Source of the DNA: Eledone cirrhosa | Taxonomy: Eukaryota | Assembly: GCA_964016885.1 (NCBI GenBank) | Contig: OZ024740.1 | Span: 47,740,001-47,804,000 of the forward strand | Length of the DNA: 64,000 nt | Direction: 5' to 3' | Shown here: positions 1-12,589 of the stretch, piece after piece | Layout: the number at the start of each line of letters is the position of its first letter | How positions within the stretch are numbered: the stretch's first letter is position 1 | Notes under the pieces: model-generated | Told to the model about the DNA's origin: nothing | The model's database searches: none | The model's input: the letters and a program-made list of their open reading frames with translations, nothing else | Translations under genes and position numbers: made by a program

Positions 1-716
1 TACAATACTCAATCTGTTAAAAAATAGCAAAATCTCACTTTCTTTTGTTAAAAAAAAGGGGAACACAAGAGAAAATGTAGTGTTAGATATGCCATGACTG
101 AAAAATGTGATGATCATGGCTGGAATGTCTTTGATCATAGGCCTGCTGAATAAGTGCTGGCCTGGTGCTAAATAAACTACTAACTGAAGTGGGAGTGTTG
201 TTAATTAATTAATTTATTTTTATTTTTATTACAATTTGTGAACAAGAACATTGTTGGTTATAGGTTTCCAGTGAGTCAATCACTGGTTCACTGTATTTTT
301 AATGGTGAGAGTGAAAAGTGAGCATCTGTAACTTGGTGAACTGTGCTAAAAAGAGACTAGTTTTTCACTATTTACATCCTCCACCAATATATCATGAAGG
401 CTATATTAAGGATGGCTATCTTTATAGGAAACAGAATTCAATATATAAGCAAAGTATGTATTTTTATTGAGGGAATTGAAGATACAATTCCTCACAGTAA
501 CTGATCTGTTTCATCACAGTTGAAATATATATAAAATTTCCATCTACCTAATTCTACTCACAAGTTACAAGTTAACCCCAAAAAGTAGTCTTACCCAGGG
601 CACCCGACAGTGGGATCAAACTCAGAATCATGTGGCTTAAAAGCAAAGCTACTCACTACAAAGCATAGCTGTGCTTAGTTTAATGTAAGCTAATCTCTTT
701 TGCCTTATTATTACAG

Positions 717-777
717 GATGAGAGTTGGTGAGCAATTGTATAAACAAAATGAATTCCAAAGGGACACTGTGCTATGA
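717..777 (+). CDS. Possible last coding exon of a gene starting upstream of the window (..MRVGEQLYKQNEFQRDTVL*)
   Basis: Branch-like GCTAAT, pyrimidine tract and ttacag acceptor ending at 716; short open frame to TGA 775-777; AT-rich UTR-like sequence follows. No homolog recognised. Confidence 0.3.
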
Positions 778-1185
778 AAGGGAAACTGTTACAGACAAAA
801 TAAATTGTTGGAATAAACTGTATTGGCGATACATATTTGAAACAGAGAAGGTGAGTTTTATGAGGTAATATGTAACAACTTGACACAAGTCTAACATAAC
901 AGATTTATGTTCACAGCTGGAACCAAACAAAAACAATGCCACTATTTCTGGGTGTATATAAAGTAATGTGGCAATATATATACCTGAGGGTTTTATTACT
1001 TTGAAAAACAACAATAACAACATTTAACAAGAGGTAAAACACCGGGTAATTTTTCAAAATTATTTACAATTGAGTGCTATCTTCAGTTACATACATGCTT
1101 GCATGACTACATGCATGCTGTCTATAAAGTGTGTGTGCAACTTAAAATACTACTAGTATTTTAAATTGCACATAGACTTTATGGA

Positions 1186-1223
<38 letters not shown>

Positions 1224-3099
1224 AAAGAAAGTGTCAACTTTTTTAATAATACTGTAAGTTGTTCTAATTTTAAATTTCCTTCCTCACCTTGAGCCATGAA
1301 ATCATTGGAATTTTATTTTTATGAATTTATTTGTATATATATTATTCATCTATATTTTTCTATTTTAATTTTCTTTGTTTTTTGGTTTTTTTTTCTTGAA
1401 ACAAAAACTGAAGATTTATAACAGAAATACAATTGAATCTTGAAGTGAACGGAAAATAATGGACATACTCAGAATTTTTGGATCACCTATGTTAAAATCA
1501 GAATCAAGTTAAATTCTGAAATGTGTTATTTAAGTAACTTCCTTAATATAAACAAGAAGTTGTTTCAAATAACAGAAGATACAAAATGTTACATGATTTA
1601 ATATAAATTGCCCTATGATTTTGAAATGGAATGAAAAAAAAATTTAAGACAGTGCTTAGCAAACCTTACAACTTTCATAAAATAGCACAAACTTTACTGT
1701 AAAGACCTGAAATAAAATAGAAATAGATTATTCAGATATAACATGTTTCTATAAATTCATTTAAAAATTAGATTATAAATTAAATTAAATTATATATATA
1801 TATATATATATTTTGTAATTATATTTTAGCAATGAATGTTCCAGATATTTTGTATATAATATATTACATATTGAAAGTAAAACCTAGATTATCCAAACAC
1901 CCACACATGCATGAATAATTCTGCAGCAACCACTAGATAAAATATTTGCTTATGCAATAACATTGTTTAAATATTTAAAATCTTTAGGGTTCTTCCAAGT
2001 TTTGTTTTGTTTCCTTCCCATAAAAGTGTAATATTTGAAGCAACAAGTATTACTAACAATGGATGTTATGGGGTTAAGTGTTTTATCTGTATATATTTTA
2101 CCATTTGAAATAAAGTAGTACCTTTTTAAATACCAGGACTCGTCTATTCTTTGATACACTAGTTTTGAACTGTATAATTATTATTGATCATTCACATAAA
2201 TTTATACATACATGTAAATTTTTATTTAAAAGAAAAAATGGAGAACCCTTGATTTGGAGAGTCTATCTCAGCTAGGCCTGCAGACAAAATGGTGAAAGAA
2301 TAGCCATCAATATCTGCTGCATCAGTCATACCATCTCCCAGGGCTCCTTCAGGAGTGATGCTTTCATCTCAATTTGGTAGCAGAAAACAGCAGGCTGAAA
2401 ACCGTGGACACTGGATGTCTCCATAGCAGCCAATACAAAATAAAAAGTGTTTTAACATTTTCTCAAGTTGGATAATCAGGTTCACATTACAGTACATCTC
2501 CATCATGTTGTCTGTCACTTTTGTTGTGCTTGAAATTTGTTGACGTCTGTTTCAACTAATTCTTCCTAAATCTTCATAAGTTTCTATCACAGTTACTTGA
2601 CAAAATACTTCTTGAACCACCTATATAAAGTAATCTGAAATTTCTAATTTTCTAAATTCATCCAATTCCTTAACACTGAATATAAAGTGACTAATTTATG
2701 TTAGAATCCATTCCCTTATTTTTGAACTCTGTGAACAACTCCATTTTGGTTGCCTGACTATTGTAAGAAAGCCATTTATGGAGGTGAACATTTTATTTTG
2801 CTGATTCCAGTCATTGGACTGTGGCCATGGTAAGGTGCCAAGTTCCAGATGAGTATATAAATTCCAATTTTTTTCTCCTGTACTAAATTAATCAATCTAA
2901 AACCCATGATCTATGCATTCCAGCCATGATTTTCATTATTTTAGAGGTATCTATGTCTACAGTATTGAATATGTCCTTGTTTTAGATACCGGAATGCGGT
3001 TTTAGAGAGCTTTCCTCGTTATTTCTACCAGAAACAGTGAGCAACAGATAAAACACTTTAAACTACTCAGTTTTCACCTTTCTATATCTCTTATTATTC

Positions 3100-3860
3100 T
3101 TGGCCATTGTCTTCTCACTGCAAGACAAAAGGCCTCCCCAAGCCAGTGCCAGTTGTTTCTATCTTGTGCTGCTCTCATCACATAATGACCATAAACTTAT
3201 CAATCTCATTCTGTTTTCCTCAACTACATGAGCCTGTCCTCCTCAGTTTCTGATTGGTACATATCGTTGCTCATCTCTTGTCATTTGTTTATGCCACATG
3301 CCCTGCTTACTTCCATTTTTTTTTTTTCTTTCTCTTTTTAATGTTTTATAATATCTAGTGCATTTGTTCTATCTATTGACATTTTTCTGTCTTTTGTGTT
3401 GAAGCTTCTGTTCCATATTTTCAGTTATCGACCATACCTTTACTCCCTGGTCAAATACTCTGCACTTCAAGCATATTACTTTACATGATGATATTTAATT
3501 ACCTCACCTAGCTTGGATTTCTTTTAACTTCACTGTTAGGGCTGCAGTTTACCAGCTGTCTAAGATAAATATTATATATGTCGTTGTTATAGTGTCATTG
3601 TTGACTTGTTGCATGGCTGTTGGTTGAACGACTGCATTTTCTTCATATTATTTTTAGTCTTTTTCATTATTCAGTTCATTTAATATTTGTTCCAGATGAC
3701 TATCATTTGAAAAGAGGACTGTCGTTAGTATAGTGTAAATGACTTAAAAATTCACCATTTATGTTTGTCCCTATTCGATCTTTTTTTAAAGATGCCTTCT
3801 AGTACTGCATTAAAGTTTAGGCAATATACTCCCTTCTCTTGCTCATATTTCAATATTGAA
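3100..3860 (-). mobile_element. Highly degraded RTE-type LINE fragment
   Basis: Minus strand near 3290-3320 reads KWK*AGHVA, the WAGHV motif of RTE C-termini; boundaries approximate. Confidence 0.4.
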
Positions 3861-5639
3861 TTTAATCCTATTGTAATTAGATTCATCTTCCCAAAATCAA
3901 TAAAATAAAACTGTATAACATTGGATTGAATTCCAACAACTCTGCACGTTTTGCTACAAAATCTGGCCTTGTTGTTATTCTACAGCAATAGATTTTTGTT
4001 TCTTGATTTTTCAAGATCTAGTTAAACTGGTCATTTGATAGTCTATGAAACCAACTTGAATAAAGTTTTGACTCGCCCACATTTTTTTTTTTTCTTTGAA
4101 CAAACAGAAATTGATATCTCTACAAGGGTGTGAGAGTTTCTGGCTTGTGTATACATAACATTCTAAATATATCAATGTAAGCAGTCATTTGAAAACCTGA
4201 GATAACATCCAAGAGGCCAATCAGCTTGGAGCTTATCTTTAAACTGGTGATCTGGCCCGAATGCTTATGACAGAATTGACTTTCTACTAAAGGTACTGAA
4301 GAGTGAGGAGATAGTGGTGTTAAATTGGACAATGAGTTAAATTTACAACTGAAATGTATGTCAGTAAAAGATATACATATCAGCAAGAAAACCTGTAAAT
4401 TAGTATACCGAACAAAAATGGCTGGTGACATTTATTCCATCCAAATTACAGACTCTCCCTTGTCACTAACACCACAGAAATGTAGTGAACCAATGATTAG
4501 ATCACTGGAAATTTATTATTGCTTCCATGTCTAGGATTTCTCCTAGATCTACTGCGGATTTAACTATAAAAACTAGGTCTTCTCATGAACAGCCAATCTT
4601 GAACTCTTTTATGGCCTGGGGGATAAAAAACAGGAAGGGGCAGAGGATTGGATCCCAGCAGACCACCAGTCTATATAAATTCACACAACACTGTTGATTA
4701 AATTCTTTTTTAGTTTTACCTCGAATGGATAAGCTAAGTTGATCTTGGCAGAATTTGAACACACAGCTGTAAAATTAAATACCGCAAAGCAAATAGTCCA
4801 TTTTATATTTCTGCTATTCCATTCTGTTATTAGAATACACTGTTTTAACCTAAACATTGATTTTGAAGTACATAAAATTAATAAGCAAAGAGCTCCAGGT
4901 GAGCAAATTTAAGATTGAAAACATTCTAGTTATAACCATCTCATATCAGACTACATTGAGCAATACTTTCTGCCTTTTTGTAAATATAGCAGTGTGATTT
5001 GAGAGCTAATTGATTATTTGAAGGCATGAGGGAGCCTCTATCTGGTAGCTTAAAAGTAGCAGCTATACCTCTCCCAAACATCCTATGGTCATAAAAAGTG
5101 AAGGATATATATACACTAGTAGAGTAGCCTGTCATAACTGAACAATTTTCACTATAGAATGCCTTTCTTTCAAATTTAAAAAAAAAATAAATAAATAAAA
5201 AATGTATTCCATGTCTTCCCTGTGCTTCATCTCCCATTACTTATTCCCCATGAATTGTCAATTGTCCCCAAGGTGGTTTCTATGGAAATGTACTTGGAGC
5301 TGTATATTGGTGTATCGGTGGCTTGTGTACTTTAACATAAGTGTCTTCACATAAACATTGGATGACCTCTGTGATGACAACTCTCTGCCTCATAACAAAA
5401 CCAATGGATGAATGGAATAAGGTCACGTTGAAGGAATAGATGAGATGATCAATTAAAAACCAGACTACATAAATTATCACAGTAATGGTTATTGATAGTA
5501 TTATTTTCCATTTCTGTTTTATTCTTTTTTGAAATTAAGAAACATGAGCCCCAAAACCTCCTTGAGGTGCAGATTTCAAAAATCTTTTTTTTTTTTTTTT
5601 TTTTTTTTCTTATCTAGAACGCACAGTTTTTTTAGCTTT

Positions 5640-6105
5640 TCAGCAACATACTCTCAAATAAACCTGGAAGCATAGAATCAATAGCCAAGAATCAATAGGC
5701 ATTACAGTTAACTTGTCAAAAACTAAAGCCCTATTATGTAGAAAGGCAAACAGTGCCCAGATTCCCTCAGGGAAATGGCTTGGCTCATGGCAGAACTTGG
5801 ACGAATTGAGGGGAGAAGCTGGGTTTAAGAGGAATCCAAGGGAGTGTGCAGGAGAGAAGCCTGTGTTGGTATAGACATGTAATGCGCTTGGACAATGATA
5901 GCTAGGTGAAGAAGTGCCAGGAAATCCCAGTGGAAAGAAGCCGCAATAGAGGAAGACCAAGAAACACCTGGACAGAGATTTGAGAGCTGACCTCAAATTG
6001 CTGAGACTCACAAAGATGATGAAGCAACACAAGTGGAGAGATGCCGTGCTGAGAAGGACCCATCCAACCCATGCAAGTGTGGAAAAGCTGTCATAATGAT
6101 GATTA
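5640..6105 (+). mobile_element. Internally deleted RTE LINE remnant with 3' tail
   Basis: GTTAACTTGTCAAAAACTAAAG..ATTCCCTCAGGGAAATGG matches the RT at 14460-14535, then jumps to the C-terminal region; ends CAACCCATGC..GGAAAA..TGATGAT. Confidence 0.75.
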
Positions 6106-6231
6106 TATATATATTCATACACACCCTGACAGACATAAACATGCTCCCTCTGGGCAGCTACTGAATGGTTAATAATCATTTGATTATGATTACCCTCTCA
6201 TAGACAGTGTTTAGTTAGATTTTGGTTTTTA

Positions 6232-6420
6232 TTGGTGGATTGGCAGTATCGGTAGAGTGTCAGACATCATGCTATGCATCAGTTACGACCCTTTACGTTC
6301 TAAGTTCGAATCCTGCCGAGGTTAACTTTGTCTTTTATCTTTACGAAGTTGATAATATAAAGTACCAGTAATACACTGAGATAATTGCTGACCTTGTGCC
6401 AAAAGTAGAAACAATTATTT
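6232..6420 (+). mobile_element. SINE with Nin/Deu-like central domain; related copies near 23990-24150(-), 25590-25865, 42545-42660(-), 46455-46580, 50015-50225, 52560-52680, 61530-61635(-)
   Basis: B-box-like GTTCGAATCC followed by GAGGTTAACTTTG..TTT.ATC..GTTGATAA..AAAGTACCAG, recurring across the window. Confidence 0.6.
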
Positions 6421-7070
6421 ACAGGAATAAGAATTGTGTTTTTTGATTTCCTATTACATAAAAATTCAGAGGAATTAAGGGGTGGGGGTCCTAGTTGAAT
6501 GTTTATTGTGTATCTTATTAATTCTAGTTGCACTCTTACAATAACTATTGTTATAATTGCTTGTGATGACATTAAGATTCTTACAGGAGGGCATAGAATC
6601 AATAGTTGGGATATGAGATTTTATTATTATATCCAGACCTAACCAATGCGTCATTATAATACCAGGCAATGGCATTAAAAATATTTTCATTGGCAGACAG
6701 TCTAAAAATTCTATGGGACACTCCTTTGATAACAGTGTTAATAATTGACTTACGGTGGTTTGACAATCTATTTACATAACACAAACACTCCCCTGGCTTG
6801 TGGTATGGGCGGTATAAGCCAGTATTCAATTACAAAGTGATGTCCAAAAAACTTACTATGTTATGATTGGATTCTTGAAGAACCTATGTAAATGCTTATT
6901 AAAGTTTTCAATTCTATGCTGATTATAGTTTTTAACAATAAATAGAACATCGTCTCTATATAAACTGCGATGTCGAGTAGGAATTTCTTCCCTCAGCTTA
7001 TATAAAGTGCCAACAAGATCAGTGACTTGTCCCAAGTCACTGAAACCTATAATAATGTGGAAGTAATTTA
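6420..7070 (-). mobile_element. Penelope-like element RT remnant
   Basis: Frameshifted frames give LYRDDVL, YRPYHKPG..YVNRLSNH and YYNDALVRSGY, typical of Penelope RT/thumb. Confidence 0.75.
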
Positions 7071-7169
7071 GTGTTCTCAATCTACTGACAAATAGTTAAT
7101 CATTAATGAATATATATGCTAGGGGTTGAGTATGTGTGCATATGTGTGACACCCAAATGAGTATCCTTC

Positions 7170-8075
7170 ACCAACTAACTTACCCTCCACCTCTTGGTCC
7201 TTGCTGATTGAGAATAGATTGCCCCAGAGGACGGTGAGGGAGTAAGTCACTCCACCTCATGGACAGCTAACTACACTCATATAGCAGTGAGCAGGAATGT
7301 GGTCCAGGGGGAGAGAAAGCCAGAAGTCTTCACTGCTCTACTTCAAACCTATCAGACCAGTCAATACTTAGACAGTTTGCCTTCTTCAGCCTGGCGGGCA
7401 GCAGAGCCTGAGCTGGTAGTCAAACACACTGGGTTGCCACTGGAGAAGGTATCACAGCATGTAGCATCCCAATTGTGGGTCCTACTCCAGTGGAACAGGA
7501 AGATTATCATGCCATCTAACCTTTGGCTGTCCCCTTAGTCCAGCCCTGCTGGCTTGAGCAGGGAAGGGAGGCCGGTGCCATCCAGGCCATTCTTTATGAT
7601 CTCGTTGAGAGCATTATGGCATGGGAGGCAGCCAGCACTGTAATGGCATGACAGTGGGTGGAGACTGAAAGGATCTAGAAGTACCTCAGTGGAATTTGTA
7701 AGGCTCACAGATGCAGAAACCGAGCCTCAGGAAAACATCTCTGTGCAAGCAGTCACTGTCCAGCTGAGTGCCAGTCGCAAGTGATGGAACTGTGTTGAAC
7801 CAGGTACCAATATGGGGTTGGGAAGCAGAGCGAAAACATGTCAGACGGTGCTGGTCAGCCGGCACACCAGCCTGTCTGAGGTCACGTTGCAATGGTATCC
7901 TATTTGTTTTGGGGGGGCTGGACATCTACAGAGTGGAAAAGGCGATAGACATTCACAGGGTGATGGCCGAGCTAGTTTCATATCACATAGATCACCTCAC
8001 GTTTCTCAATGACAGTAGGTTCAGTTGTTTTGTAGAGAACCCTATTGATGAGGTTATGGTAGGAGGTCACTAGTA
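7170..8075 (-). mobile_element. CRE-like (RLE-type) non-LTR retrotransposon remnant
   Basis: ASQPHIGTWFNTVPS..LRLG, zinc knuckle remnant LSCHYSAG..HNALNEII and endonuclease region LDGMIIF..WDATCCDTFS. Confidence 0.7.
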
Positions 8076-8339
8076 CAAGGAAAGTAGGCAGGGCCAATGA
8101 GACCGGTGACAGGGGTCCCCTTATCTGATGGGAAAGGTGGCCTGTCGACATCCGGACATTGCATATTTCCTCAGCTGCCAGTCAGATGCAGACATCAAGA
8201 TCTGTGAGGAGAGATGCTTGGTTGTAGCAGAGGATACTTGGAAGGTGTATAATACTGTCTTTAAAAAGATGAAAAAAGAAAACATTGGATAACATAAATG
8301 CCATTGCCGTTAACAAGTTTGGCCTGCACCCACTGTCTT

Positions 8340-8830
8340 GCCACCAGAGTGCAAGCTAGTTCCCACGACATGCCGCTATCAATGACATATTGAGAAGGAG
8401 CTGGACGCAGCTGGCTTCCTAACACAACTGGAACCAGCAGCCCTCGACCGCAGAGACGGCAAGCGCCCCCAACGGAATTACCCTCTTCCCATTCAAAGGA
8501 GGTAGATCTCTCATCTGGGACATCACATGTTGTGACATGTTCTCCGCCTCCAACTTATTTGCCTGGGCCACACAACCCGGTACTGCCGTCCGCAATGCAG
8601 AGGAAAGGAAGACAACAAATCCGACCGCTTCCTTTTCGCACCGGTCGCCGTCGTGACGTCAGGCGTTCTCGGACTCCGTACTACCGAGCTCCTCCGAGAG
8701 AATGAAGCCACGAGAGATGGGGTGGCTATTGCAGCGGGTGTCGCTGGCCATTGTCTGCAGAGATGCTTTTGCGATCTTGTCCGCGATGCGTAGCCCCAAC
8801 ACCGCCGCGCCCACGGCCCAGAGCTCGCCC
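8340..8830 (+). mobile_element. CRE-like retrotransposon 3' remnant (RLE endonuclease)
   Basis: LEPAALDRRDGKRP / GITLFPFKGGRSLIWDITCCDMFSASNL, same family as 7170-8075 but opposite strand. Confidence 0.7.
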
Positions 8831-8944
8831 CTTCTCATTCTTCTGTGACCCTAATGCCCTTTCCTTTTCCTTTTTAAATATTTGTAGTGTTTTTCTAATT
8901 ATTTTATAGTCATTTATTCGTGTAGTTACTCATATCTCCTTGAT

Positions 8945-9375
8945 CACCTTGACCGACCAGTCTGTCGGGCGTCCATTCGGCGTCGCTGGTCACAGCACAC
9001 CGTCCATTCCTCTCTGGATCGTGCTTTCCTTATCCATGTAGTCCCAATCATATTCCTAAAATCGTTCTCGACCTTCGTGGAGGCCTTCCGAGTGGTCGTT
9101 TCCGCTCGCGCGGGTACCACTCGGCAACTGCGCGGGTCCACCGATTATCAGTGAACCGGGCGACGTGTCCAGCCCATCTGAACTTGCTGCGCATATATTC
9201 CGTGATGACGTCCCACAGATCAGCTTCAGACCATGCTGACGGAGCTCGACATAAAAAGCTCTGCAGTAGGCCTCAATATGAACAGCATGAAAACGAGGTT
9301 CATGCGGTCCGACAACGTACCAACAGGTCGAATGGTGGTTGGCATGAAGAAATAGAGGAGGTTACTCATATAAAC
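8945..9375 (-). mobile_element. RTE-1-like LINE fragment with inverted 5' segment
   Basis: Minus 9213-9070 reads KFRWAGHVARFTDNRWTRAVAEWYPRERKRPLGRPPRR; plus 9215-9365 reads DQLQTMLTELDIKSSAVGLNMNSMKT (RT motif 6). Confidence 0.75.
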
Positions 9376-9590
9376 AGTTGTATCTATCGGCAATCAATAT
9401 ACAGAATAGCTTTACATTCAAGCATTATATTTTCGAACACTTTAAAATCGCTATTGAATATATATATATCCAACATATTAAAAATTTATATATATGAAAA
9501 TGTGCGGAAGCCAAAAAAAAACATTTCTTCTCACTTATATATATATATATATAGATATATACATTTATTCCCTTTATACGAAACTATTGT

Positions 9591-9614
9591 TGTTTACAAA
9601 TGTTCTATGGCAAC
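9591..9614 (+). promoter_or_regulatory. Forkhead (FOXJ1-type) site plus RFX X-box upstream of TMEM17
   Basis: TGTTTAC at 9591-9597 and GTTCTATGGCAAC at 9602-9614, about 200 bp upstream of the ATG of a ciliary gene. Confidence 0.65.
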
Positions 9615-9806
9615 GGACAACATGGAGTCAAATTGTAAAATCTGTCAAACTTAACAGACCCCGTTATAAGAATGATCGCTATTCTCGAACAAAGAAGAAA
9701 AATATTTGAATGAAATATGTTTTATTTCACTATTACGATTCATTTCAACAATAATTCCTGTGAATTTATTCCTGCTGTTTAAACTTGCTACCCCCTATCT
9801 TACACA

Positions 9807-9921
9807 ATGGCTTCTAACGTTGAAGCCACTCTACGTAAGACTGTTAGCAGTATGACGGATATCTTATTCCCAGTTTCCAAAGAAAGTCTCAAAAAGAATC
9901 AACACAATATCTTACGTTCCG
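9807..9921 (+). CDS. TMEM17: TMEM17 exon 1 (MASNVEATLRKTVSSMTDILFP..ILRS/G)
   Basis: ATG 9807, 38 open codons plus 1 nt, donor G|gtttgt; phase 1 fits exon 2; N-terminal length matches vertebrate TMEM17. Confidence 0.8.
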
Positions 9922-10004
9922 GTTTGTTTTGATTTTTGTTAATATGTGTAATCATTGTAAATGTGTATGTATAAACAAAGCAAGCACTCGCACATCCCTC
10001 TCAG

Positions 10005-10005
<1 letters not shown>

Positions 10006-10067
<62 letters not shown>
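10006..10067. repeat. (AT)n microsatellite; others at about 10511-10561, 58860-58925, 59006-59043, 61766-61802, 62186-62257; (GT)n 1188-1221; (TC)n 10630-10699
   Basis: Directly visible dinucleotide runs. Confidence 0.95.
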
Positions 10068-10077
<10 letters not shown>

Positions 10078-10506
10078 TGCACATGATATAAGTATAGACT
10101 AAAATAAAAATTATAAATAGCTCAATATATTACAGGCTAAAAACTATATTTTGTAGATCTCCATTTATACAAATTATATTTAAGTATAATTATGTACAGT
10201 ATATTAAAAGAAAGCATTGCAAGCAAAAAATACTTTTTAAAAGAAAAATATAATTTATCTACAAACATGTACTTATATATATATACATACACATCAGGAG
10301 CGGTGGAAGCATTCCTGCCAAGTTTGGTCAATTTAGTTGTAATGATTAGTTTAGCTGTTATTATCAAATATCAACCAAGATATTAAAAGCTTCGATATGC
10401 GATAAACATATGTACATAAATTGTAGCGCATACACAAATAGATGCGTGTTTTGGTCGCCTGAGGAGAAAAATATAATTATTGGTGGGGGCAGTTCCACCG
10501 TCACTG

Positions 10507-10565
<59 letters not shown>

Positions 10566-10626
10566 TACTGTGTAAAAGCTGATAACATCATCGTGATTAA
10601 AATTGAAATCAATATGTAAGAACAAT

Positions 10627-10703
<77 letters not shown>

Positions 10704-10709
10704 TATGTG

Positions 10710-11290
10710 TGTAACAGGATAGGAAAGAAAATAGGACCATGATTCCTTCACAGAATGGGGCCCTGCTCTATGTGTAGAAAGGGAGTAAGCATAAACTCCA
10801 TACGATGTACACAATGTAAATCTTGGGTACACAAGAGATGTAGTTTGATAACTATCAGGAAGGGAAGACTTTGTAGAAGAGGCACAGAGTAACTGAGAGA
10901 AAAAGCGCCAGTGATGTAAATCTGTCACAGGAACAACACATAGCAGTGGTTGATAGCTTCTGCTATCTAGGCAGCTTAATTATCAACGGAGGAGGGTACC
11001 CCAAGAGCATAATAGCTAGAATAAGGATAAGATGGAAAAAGTTTAGAGAGCTACTCCTACTGTTGACCACAAAAGCTTTCTCCTTACATACAAAAGGTCG
11101 CCTGTGTATGAATGGTAGTGAAACATGGGCTGTGACTGCAGAGGACATACATAGACTGGAGAGAAATGTGTGAATGAAAGTCAAAGCTTGGATGAGTTGA
11201 AGGAGAAGCTGGGCTTAAGAAGAATTTGAGATAGTGTGCAAGAGAGAAGACTGTGTTGGTATGGACGTGATGCGCATGGATAGAGTAAGG
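10710..11290 (+). mobile_element. Degenerate RTE LINE fragment (PHD-RT family)
   Basis: VDSFCYLG..ARIRIRWKKFRELL..NGSETWAV; decayed Cys/His finger upstream. Confidence 0.8.
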
Positions 11291-11454
11291 GTGGTGTGGG
11301 TAGAAGTGGGAGGGGAAAGTATGGTTGAGGGGGGTGTAGAGGTGCCTACTGGGTGTATGTTTGAGTCTGTGCACAAGGGAAGGTGGGTATTCTGTATGAC
11401 TGTAACGTCTAAGATCTCAATCCTGTCTTTGAGAGGTGCAAATGTGCAAGGTCA

Positions 11455-12325
11455 GCTTTTATCACCTCATCCCAGGGCTTTCTGGGTCTTCCTACTCCGT
11501 AGCTTCAATCAATTTTCATCACCCTGTACTTTTTATACAGCTGTCGACCTTCATACGCATCACATGACCATACCAACGCAATTTCCTCTCTAGTGTACAA
11601 CATCTCATCCCTCTTATTCCTATTTTCTCACTTAGTTCATTTATGTTTTGCCGTTCATGTATATTACTATTACACATCCACGGAGGCATGCATGCTTCAT
11701 TTCTTTCCAATCTGCACAGATCCTCTGCACACAGTGCCCAGGTCTCACAACTATGTAACATTGCTGTTCGTATACAAGCATCGTACAATCTGCCTTTCAT
11801 TTTTAGGGAGAAATCTTTTGTGGTTAACAGTGGTATTAGCTCTCTGACCTTTTTCCATCCTGTTCTTACTCTGGCTACTGTACTTTCAAAACATCCTCTA
11901 CCACTGCTGGTAATAGAAAGTGTCTACAATTTTTATAGAACAGTCTGGGCAATGGAAGGAGCTAGTATCCTGTGGGCACCTTCTAATTACAGCTCCTGAG
12001 CATCGGCCACATATAAAACCTACGTTCTTTGATAGCCTTCCTGTGATCCCACTACATCTTTTATGTACCCATAGCTTGCATTTGGGACATAGAATGGAAT
12101 TTCTACCTACTCCTTTCCTACACACTGAGCAAGACCATTTTCCAGAGGGAATCTGTGCCTTATTTTCCTTTCTACATACTAGAACTTTAATCTTAGACAA
12201 GTTAACTTTAAGGCCTTTTGATTCTAGGCCATGCTTCCAGGTTTGGAATCTCTTCTCTACTTCTGCCATAGATTCAGCTATGAGAGTTAGAACATCTGCA
12301 TATAGAAGTTCCCATGGGCAGCCAA
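11455..12325 (-). mobile_element. RTE LINE fragment, antisense in TMEM17 intron 1
   Basis: GCPWELLYADV..GLKVNLSK..CSVC..CPKC..WVHKRC..CGRC and KGRLYDACIRTAMLH..LRWYGHV; close relative of 14346-15230. Confidence 0.9.
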
Positions 12326-12589
12326 TGTGTATGTGTGTGTTCAATTTTTTGTGTGCGTTCTATGGCTGGATGCTCTTCTTAATACCAACTACTTCACAAA
12401 GTATGTTGAGTTCATTTTATGATGGCCCTCACCCTAGAGAAATTTACATGGCCCTAACAAGATTAAAGTGCCTTTTGTATCTTATGTTGTACGTGTTAAT
12501 TCATTAACTAGTTTAACAGTGACTACTAGGTACATTTAATCAAGGCAACAACAGTAGAAGAGTTGCTTTATCAACTGAAAGGTCAAAGA

